Virus record (IMG/VR): IMGVR_UViG_3300037628_000326 | Location: 4,645 to 68,644 of that record | Origin: a virus | DNA: 64,000 nucleotides | Strand: one strand, 5' to 3' | Shown: positions 8,401 through 17,400 of the stretch, one piece after another | Numbering within the stretch: position 1 is the stretch's first letter | Layout of the letters: each line of letters opens with the position of its first letter | Notes under the pieces: generated by a model | Seen by the model: the letters and a program-made list of their open reading frames with translations, nothing else | Database searches by the model: none | Told to the model about the DNA's origin: nothing | Position numbers and translations under genes: made by a program

Positions 8401-11400
8401 TGGCGTACAGGAACCACTCGACCTCGTCCCAGGTGTACTCGCTATCGTCGATCGCTTCGGTGAGCGGCCTGATGTAGTCCTTCTCGAAGTGATCGACACG
8501 CGACTTCACGCGGCCATGGAATAATTCTTCGGCCAGGTAGGTGTCAACCTCCTCGCTGATCGGCCGGCCGGTCTGTAATTCGATCGCCTTCTGCACATTC
8601 AGCAGATCGATGAACTTGTCCTGCGCTTTGTAGACCAGGTAGTTCCAGGCGCGACTGGTCTTCGACCCCTCCTCGATCGTGAAGTTTTCGAACAGGTCGC
8701 CGGACTCGATGGCATCTGCCCGACCGTTGTACTCGTCGACATGGAATGCCACGCGGTTTCCGAGTTCGCGTATTTGATTCAGCAGCCCAGCCTTGTCGAT
8801 GTACGCAGCTTCTGCCAGGTAGAAGACCAGCGGCTCCGCATCCGCCTCGGTGATATTGCCGGCACGGATTTGCGCATTCAGTTCCTTGCGATACATTGCG
8901 GCCGAACCTGAGTTCGACACACGATCGTTGTTGATCGCTTTCCACAGGTTGGCGAACATGACCGGTGCCTTACGGGCCGGCAGCAGCCCCGGTGATTTGT
9001 TTGCCGGCGTGGCGACAAACATCCGCGCCTTTCTGATCAGCCGTTGGATGTCGGCGTCGGACATCTGGACGCCCCTCAGGCGAGCTATGGCAATCCGTAT
9101 GGCCTCGACCAAGCGCTGGAGTAAGGATGCCTCTCGGGCTGGTAGCTTCTGACCAGCGAGCACACGCTGCGCCCTGTACGCAATAAACTCTTCCGCGGCG
9201 ATGCGTCGCTGCGACGGGATCCTGACATCCAGGCCGTTCCGCCGGGCGGCTGCCATGACTTTCTGTTTGTGAGATTTCCAGACCTGGTCCATGATCGTGT
9301 CGTACTCGGCGCCCAGGATAGACCGCACGCCGTAGTGACCCACCGTTTCGTGCAGGTAGATTTCTACGGCCTGCTTCATGTTCCTCAGGTTGCCGGCGAT
9401 CAGATAGACGTCGCCGGTCTCCGGGTCGAACATGCCACCGATCCTGCCCTCCATGCCGGCGTGCTTGATCTCGAGCAGTTGCCGGCGTGGCAGGTGCGCT
9501 TCGGTCGGCGCGATCTTCACGTTCGGCGACCCCGGATACAGGTCCAGGATTTCGCTGATCACGCTCTGCAGGTTAGCGATTGGCACACCAGCAGCAGGCT
9601 GCCGTGACACGGCAAACAGTGACAGGCCATCCGTGATCAGGCGCTCTCGCATCTGGTCAGAGATGTCGACTAAATGGACAGCCTCAAGATCCTCAAGGTC
9701 TCGTTTGGCCGCTCCCTCGATCGCTTCTTCTTCGCTGGAGTACGGACCCGTCCACTCATCCGCTTTATTTTTAATGCCCCACTGGTCGCCAACCACGCGC
9801 ACGGGCGCAGACACAGCCGCATCAGGCATACCCGCAAACATCCTTGCCATTCTGAGGCCTGCATCAATGTCGTCGCCAACACTTCGGGGTTCCCGATCTA
9901 CCCATCGTTCCCACGACAAACGGGGCAGCAGATCGTTAAGCTCGGCAGAGAATGCTTCCATCGAAGTCCGCGCTCTTTGTGAGTCGGGATCTTCATCGTC
10001 TATTCGCCTCGCGTTTTGCGCCGTGTTTTCAAGCCTGGCTACCGCCTCAGGCGTTATCGAAAATGCCTCCTCTTCTGCCAAGGCGATGCCAAGTTTAATA
10101 GCGTCATAGACGCTGACATGTTCTGCATCGGTGTCCTCCTCCCATGTTTCCCAGGCATAGGTAGGCAGGACCTCCTCCAGCAATTTCGTGAATCTGTCGA
10201 ACGCCTCGTTTTGTTCTGTCGATCCCTCGTCAGCAGTTTCCGTTGGCCGTGCCGCTCGTCCCGCAACTTGAACCCTGGAATAATCTTCATCCGAGATTAC
10301 CGTTCTCGGCGCTGCTGGTGCTTCCACATCTGGTGACTGCCCGACGACCATTGATAAGCCGGTGTCGATTAGCTCAAGCTGCCCCTGATCACGATCGGAA
10401 GAGATATCGTCAAGCACGGACATCTGGTCTTCGCTGATGTATTCATATAGCTCGTCAAAGAATGCGGTTTGCGCAGCCTGTTGCCTGACAGAATCCTCGT
10501 CAGCCGCATTGCGAGGCCGAGCATTTTCGGCCAGCAGACCGAGTTGCCCCATCTCTCCGTGAGTGACAATAACCGGCGGAGCATCCTCAGCAGCCAACTG
10601 CATGCCGTAGGAGACCATCTCCTCCGGGGTTGCCCGATGTGCGTAGTCTTCAAAATTCTCCCATTTCTCAGGCGACAAGATCTGTTGCAATGTATACGTG
10701 AAATTGTTCTGGGCAGTGATCTGCCTGTCGGTACCATAGTCTGCTTCGTCGATCGGCCTTGCCGCTGCCGCAAGGTCTGCCATCTGAGCATGTTGGACCC
10801 GAGCTACTTGGACCACAGGCGTTCCGGGCGGAGGCGATCCAGGCCACCGACCTACCGTGTATGGACCACCGCGGCCTTCGCTTGTGTCGATCCTGGTGCT
10901 GCTCGTCTTTACTCCCTTGTCGAGCTTCTTGACGACCTTGCTGACTAGATTGCGAATCGTCCTGTCGTAGAACGACTTCATGCCCTGACCGCCGACATCA
11001 AGATTCTCTGCCGCAATCTCCAGGCTTTCTTCGGTCTCCATGATCTGCTTTGCCATGGGAGTACCGACAACCTCCGAAAGTTTTTTCTTATCGAATTCGG
11101 CCTGGTCCGACCCGTCGATCATGCCGTCGGCTGTGACATGAAGCTGTATCGAGTTGCCCATGTGCGGATCCAGCCAGACGATGCGTACATCAGGCCGCCC
11201 CTCCAGGGCAGCCGGCAAAACTTTAATCGTGTTGAGTACCCTGCTCAGGCTGTATCGTTCTGCCTGTTGCTCGCCCGTCGTCCACGCAACCGAATCGTAT
11301 CCCTCTTCAGCCGCAAGGCGCATGACCCGTTTGATCGCGAGCTCAGCCCAGGCGTTGCCTTTGAACGGTGCATCAGGAACGGCTCCCCGTTCTTCCCTTT

Positions 11401-14400
11401 CAATTCGAGTACGAATCTCCTGTTCCTGAGTCAGTCGCTGATAGCCCTCATCAATGGCAGCATCCTCGTCTGGGAGAACGCCATCCGTAGCAGTGATGTT
11501 GACAACAAATTGCCCGACCTTCGTTCTGATTTCCCAGTAGTCGGCCGTGTCGGTAAGCGGTTTCTTGATCGCCTTGAGATCGTCTCTCTCGGGCATGATG
11601 CCTTTGGGTCGATCTCGGTATCCGGAGGTCCTGCCTTGCTGGTGCCAGTCGCTCTGAAACTCCTCGACAAACATGATGCGCTCACCGTCTTCACCGATAC
11701 GGTCGTCAACGCGAATGCTCGCCAGGATGTTCGCGTAACTGCCCCAGTGCGCAGCGTGGTAAGTTTCTATCGGTCGCCGACCTGCAGGCGCTTGCTTGAC
11801 CGGGGGCGTTGTGGTTGGAGCCTGCAGGGCCGCAAGGCCATAAGGTCGGATGGCATAGGTGATCCGGTCCAGCATCTGGGGAGACACGCCATCAATATAA
11901 AACTGAAGCGCCTCGTCTTCCCAGGTGGCGTTCTGATCAGTAAGTCCGATCTCGTAGAGCTTCTTGTTTACTAGCTCCCATGTGTCTTGGCTGTAGCCTG
12001 GTGGGAACTGGATCGTTCCATTGACCTTGTCCGGACGCGGCACTGTCTCCTCGGGGGCACCGCTTACGACCGCCACCCCATGCCGCCGCGATAGTTCATA
12101 GACCTGATCGTACTGGTCAGCATCAAGATTCTCGAATTCAAATCGTGCGTCTTCTCGTACCCAGCCCCATTCAGAATCTGCGAGAGGCGTATCTTGCAGT
12201 TCCGTGATAATTAGATCTGAAAGATCGTCTGTGCCTGGGCCTTGCTCCAGTTGAAGCACCGTCATCGAAACAGGACGGTGGATCTGACTCCTCGCCATCG
12301 TGACATCAAGGCCAAGCCGCGCCTCCCAGTCATCAAGCATTCCCAATATCTCTACCGACGATCCTCCGGTCAGGAGATCACGTTGTTCAACATCCATGCC
12401 CTCGTTGAATTTCTCGCGCATCTGCCGATCAAGATCGCGAACGGCTGCATCGGTTGGCCATCCTGTTGCCGTACTGACGGTCGGCCTATCAATAGATTTT
12501 TCTGGCAGCCTCAGCAGAATCTCGCGATAGTTCTTGCCACCGGGTAGCGATACGCTGTCGCCACCATATTCGGTCCCCAGTGTGGCTGCGCCTGTCGCGT
12601 CCACTTTGTAAACGATTCGGGAAAATTGGTTCTTCTGACCTTCGGTCATGCTCTCCCAGGTGACGTACTCATCGCCCTTGTCTTCAATCACCTCCATTTG
12701 TTCGTCAGTTAATGTGTTTGCGCCGATGTCATGCACGGAATCCTTTAGGTCCATGACACCTCCGATCTCACCGGCCTCATAGGCATCCTGCACCCGCTTC
12801 CAGTCGACATCTTCGGGCATGTCTCCACGCCCCCGACCTCTGTAACCGAGGGTCGTTTCCTCGATCCGCACACCGTTGGCATCGATGAATGCGATCAGTT
12901 GGTCCTTGGTTACGGTCTCCTTGGCCCTCAGGTATTCCGGCACTCCGGTCCAGTCAAGTTCCTCCGCCTTGACGCCTGGCATCTTGGTCAGCATGGCCAG
13001 CATCTGCTTGCCGGTCCCTTTCTCCTGCTTCAGGTTTCGGGCCGCTCGAGCGAGACCGGAATAGAATCCTGGGAAGACCTCATCCTCGATCGTGGCGAAG
13101 AGTGGGGCGTCCCTGCTCATCAGGGCAGCATCGAAGACAGCGATGCCCTTGGGTCCGAAGTCATCCTCGACCATGTACACGGAGTCATGGCCCATGCCCC
13201 GGATAGCCTCCAGCACTGCCGGCGACTCGAGCGTCTGGTAGTTGCCCATCTCAAGGCCGACATTGAAGTACTCACGCACATCGTCCATGGTGCCTTCGCC
13301 ACCCAACCAGGTGCGCTTGCCGCCATGTACCACATCCAGTGCCTGCGCGAATTTCATCAGTTGGGCATTGGTCCTGAACTGCGCCTTCAGCGCCTTGGCA
13401 TGCTCCGGGTTTTCATAGTCGAACGGGTTCTGCACATGCAGCGTCACCTCGCTGACCGGGCCGAAGGCGCTTGCCGTTTTCTCCGAGGTCGAGGCATGCA
13501 CGATGCCGGTCTCCCGATGCAGTCTGATCTGCTCATGCTCGGAGCCGCGGTACCACTTCGTGTCTGCCGGCACGCCAGGCACGACAGAGAAGAGCGGCTT
13601 GTCAACTGGCGCACGGCTCTGCAGGTCGATTGATTCCTGCAGCGCCTCGTCGTTGATCGGGTTGTAGGTTGCGAGGTCGATGCCCTCGGTTGCTTCGCGT
13701 CCCTGGTCTTCGGCCAAGGCCTGCTCGGTTCGCTCGATGCCTGTGAGTACAGCCTTGATGCTCGGCGCGATGACTGATGGTCGGAACCCGAACTCGCCGG
13801 CATCGGCAAAGTCGCCGGTCACGGTACGGAATACCGCATCGGACAGGTTGACGTTGTATTCCTGATTGAAAACAGAATCGGGAATCCTGATGCCCATCTT
13901 GTCCAGTAGGATTCGCTGGACCCGGAAGGCGACATCCTCCCACTCGATGGCGCGCTGCGCCTGCATCAGTGTCAGCGGCTCAAGCTCGACCTCCACACGC
14001 TTCGGCGGCTTGCCACGCTCACCCATCATCGTCCGGCCCAGGCGACCGTATCGCTTCGAATCGCCGTAGCGCTCCTGCATCAGGCGCTCGGTTATTCCAT
14101 GGGCGATCTCATGGCTGACACGCCATGCTCTGGTATAGGTCTCGTCTTTGAATGACCCATGCTCGGCCGCCGGATCGTAGATCCAGACGGTTCCCTCTTC
14201 GTAGTTTTTCTTGCCGAGCCTGGGCAGGCGGAAGTTCTCAGCCTCAAACGAAAACACTTCGATCGTATAGCCGAACTGGTCGGCCAGCCGATCGGTGATT
14301 TCAGGGTTCTCTACGACCGGGGTGAGGTCATAGAACTTGAGTTCTTCGGTGGTATCTCTGGTGCGATCTACTGACCCGAATCTTTGGAAGACGGCGTCTT

Positions 14401-17400
14401 CGGTCGCGGATCGGTCGTCGAGTCGAGCCACGGGTACCGGTGCGGCTGCCCCTGCCCTCGGCCTGGCATCGGCCTTGAGGAAGTCGCGGGTGATGCCTTG
14501 CGCACTCTTCCGCCAACCACGAACCCGTTCGAGAAGATCCGGTGGTCCGCGGGTGCCGGCGTAGTCTTCAATCGCCGCTTCAAGTTTTTGGCCATTGGGG
14601 TCAGTCTCCCAGTCATGCGTTAAGTAGTTACCCTCAGCGCCGAAGCTGTAGCTTTTTACAACTCCCAGATCGGCTCCGATATTATCCAGTATTTTGTCGA
14701 TTTTCTCAATGAATTCAGCAGGTTTAAGGCCAGAAACTGTGACGCCCTTCTCATCTTTGAAGTCGATTATTACCAGTTGATCTTCGCCGACCATGCTAAA
14801 TCCGGCATCCGGGCCCAGCGCCTTCCGCAGGGCATCGAATAGCTCGGTCTCCTGCTCTTCGTTGAGCGGACCCTGAAGATCCCAGTTAATGCCCTGCGTG
14901 TACTTTCGCCCAAAGTCTCCGGTCGCCTCGCTGGTCTTGGCCTTGCGCTCTGCCCGAAACCATGGCACTGCATCCTGCGTGTAGATGTACTGCATGATGG
15001 TCGAGAAAATATCTACCGTCGGCCTGTCAATTTCAGCGCCACCGACCATGACGATGTTCGAAATCTCGTTCGGGTTGATCATGCCCTGATAGCCGCCGAT
15101 CGCTGTGGCGGCGTTGTAGAGCGGCACGCCGAGCGCCTCCATCACGACATGCGTATTGTTCTCTGCCAAGGCCTCGCGCTGGCGTCGGCCAAGTTCCTGC
15201 TTCTCCTCCCGCGGTAAGGCTTCGACCTGGCGGCCTTCTTTGGTAGCCTTCGACGGCACCGCCTCGTGCGTGACTCTTGCGGTCACGGCCTCGATATGCT
15301 CAGCGAACGCATCGACCGGCGTTACTTTGCCGGCGTACGCCCCTGACTTCTTGGCAAGAGAATCCTGCGAACGCTCGTGTACCCAGAGTGCCGCCTGGGC
15401 ATGGCGTGGCAGCCAGTTCGTTCCATTCGCTGCGTTGTAGCGTGCGGTGGCGTCCTGGAAAACCTTCCGGGCGTAGTCGTACTGAGTACCCTCGACAGTG
15501 TCGCCCTTGAACCCAAGATTGCGGACCATCCATCGATCAATTGTGACATCGCTGTCATACAGATTCGTATTGTAGGTAGCATCGTACAGGTTCCGATAGA
15601 AGCTCATCACCTTGGAGCCGATCCCAGGCAATTGATTGGTGATCTCTTTGGTCTCCAACTCGCGCATCGTTTCGATGTTGGGTACTGCGGTGGCCGGATA
15701 CATGCCCGTATCGATCTTCTCGCCCTTAGCGATTTGATATGCCGCCTTGATCATGAAGGTCGTGTTGGCTCCGACACCAACACCCTGCGATGTGGCCGCT
15801 AGGATTTTAATAACGTCGTGTATCAGTTCCGGATCATTGCGCGCGATCTCGCGAATCTTCCGCCCAGAGTCCTCGTACCAGGTCCAGGCTTCATCCGGAA
15901 TAAGCTTCGAGTCCATAAGGATGTCGAATGTTTTCTGTATTTGCCCATCCACGCCGCGCAGCGAGTAGCCGGCCTTCGCCGGCATTCCAATCACTTTCTT
16001 GCCGCGCATCTTGTAGCGTTCGGCCGTCGGCTTGGTCTCGTCGATCGTCGCGAATACCGGCGCTTTCTCATAGCCCTCGCGCGTACCCAGCGTGAGCGGG
16101 CGCGTGTGTTCCGGCAGATCAAGCCATGCCTTGAATTGAGCAGGCTGCATGGAGATGCCCTCGACCTGCTGATCACGGGCCGGCGCATAGTCAGCCTGGT
16201 AAGCTTCGATCGCTGCCTCCAGTGATGGGTAGCCGACCATGACCTTATGCTCGTCGAAGTTCTCACCGACCGCCTCAGCGCTCGGGTCCTTCGCCTGGTT
16301 GATCACGTAGACAGTCGGCGTGTTCAGGTCGGGCCCGAAGTAAGCATCGACGCCCTCGGTCGGTTCACCCTCGACAGTGTCGGCACCAGGTTTCGATGGG
16401 AAGTAACCGTAGCCAGAGCTCATGACCTGCGACCAGGCACGACCCTGCTCGTCGACGCCAGATCTTGTTTCGCCGGCAGGAGTTTCGATTGCAAGCGGGA
16501 TGTTGTTCCACGTGAAACGCCCCTTCCGATAATTGCCGCGACCTTTCTGTCTCTCTGTCGCATCAAGATCGGTGTCGACCTCGGCCGCATGGAACGCTGG
16601 TTCCATCTGCAGAATTTCAATCGTCGGATCAAGCTCTTCATCACTGACACCGCGAGCGCGGAGCGCTGCCTTCTTGCGCCTGCGATTGACTTCGACCTGT
16701 TCCCTGGCTACCCGACGCCGAGCTTTCGGCAGCGCCTTGATTGTGCCGTCGTCATTGATCTTGATCAGTTCCTGCTCTTCAAGCGCTGCGAGGTCTTCGG
16801 TCGAAATATCTTCCAGCTGGGAATTGATTACTTTGTCCAGCAGTTCCGTATTCGCCTCAAGGACCTCAAGCGCTTCTGCCTCCTGCGCCTCCTTTGTCAT
16901 GCTGAGATGCAGTGCGTCCATGTGCTGCTCGTACTTGCTTTCCTCCACGACGGCCGGCGTACTCGCCCGATCGAGCGCCGAGACACTGGCCCCCATGCCA
17001 CCACCGACACCGAAGCCGATGATGCCGGCATCGACCAGGCGCATGAATGCTTCGCCCATGGTCATCTCGTCGTTGAGAATGCCGACGTCGTAACCAATCT
17101 GCAGAGCTTCAGTGATCGGTTCTTGTATGCCCTCGGCGCCGGCACCAGCGAAAATTCGCTTCAACCCGGTGAAATTATTCCTAGTGAGAACACCCAGCGA
17201 GATTCTCTCGGTAACCGTCTCGGCAAGTGCTGAAAAGACAGCAGCCGATCTCGCCTGAGAAGGTGAATACCCACGATCCAGCATCGCCCCGTACGTCTCG
17301 CCATAGACCTGACTTCCCATGATGGCAGCACCGACCATGGGGTTCTTAGTCAGGATAGTTGCCGCCATCGCCGGACCCATATTGATGAAGGCATCCAGTG

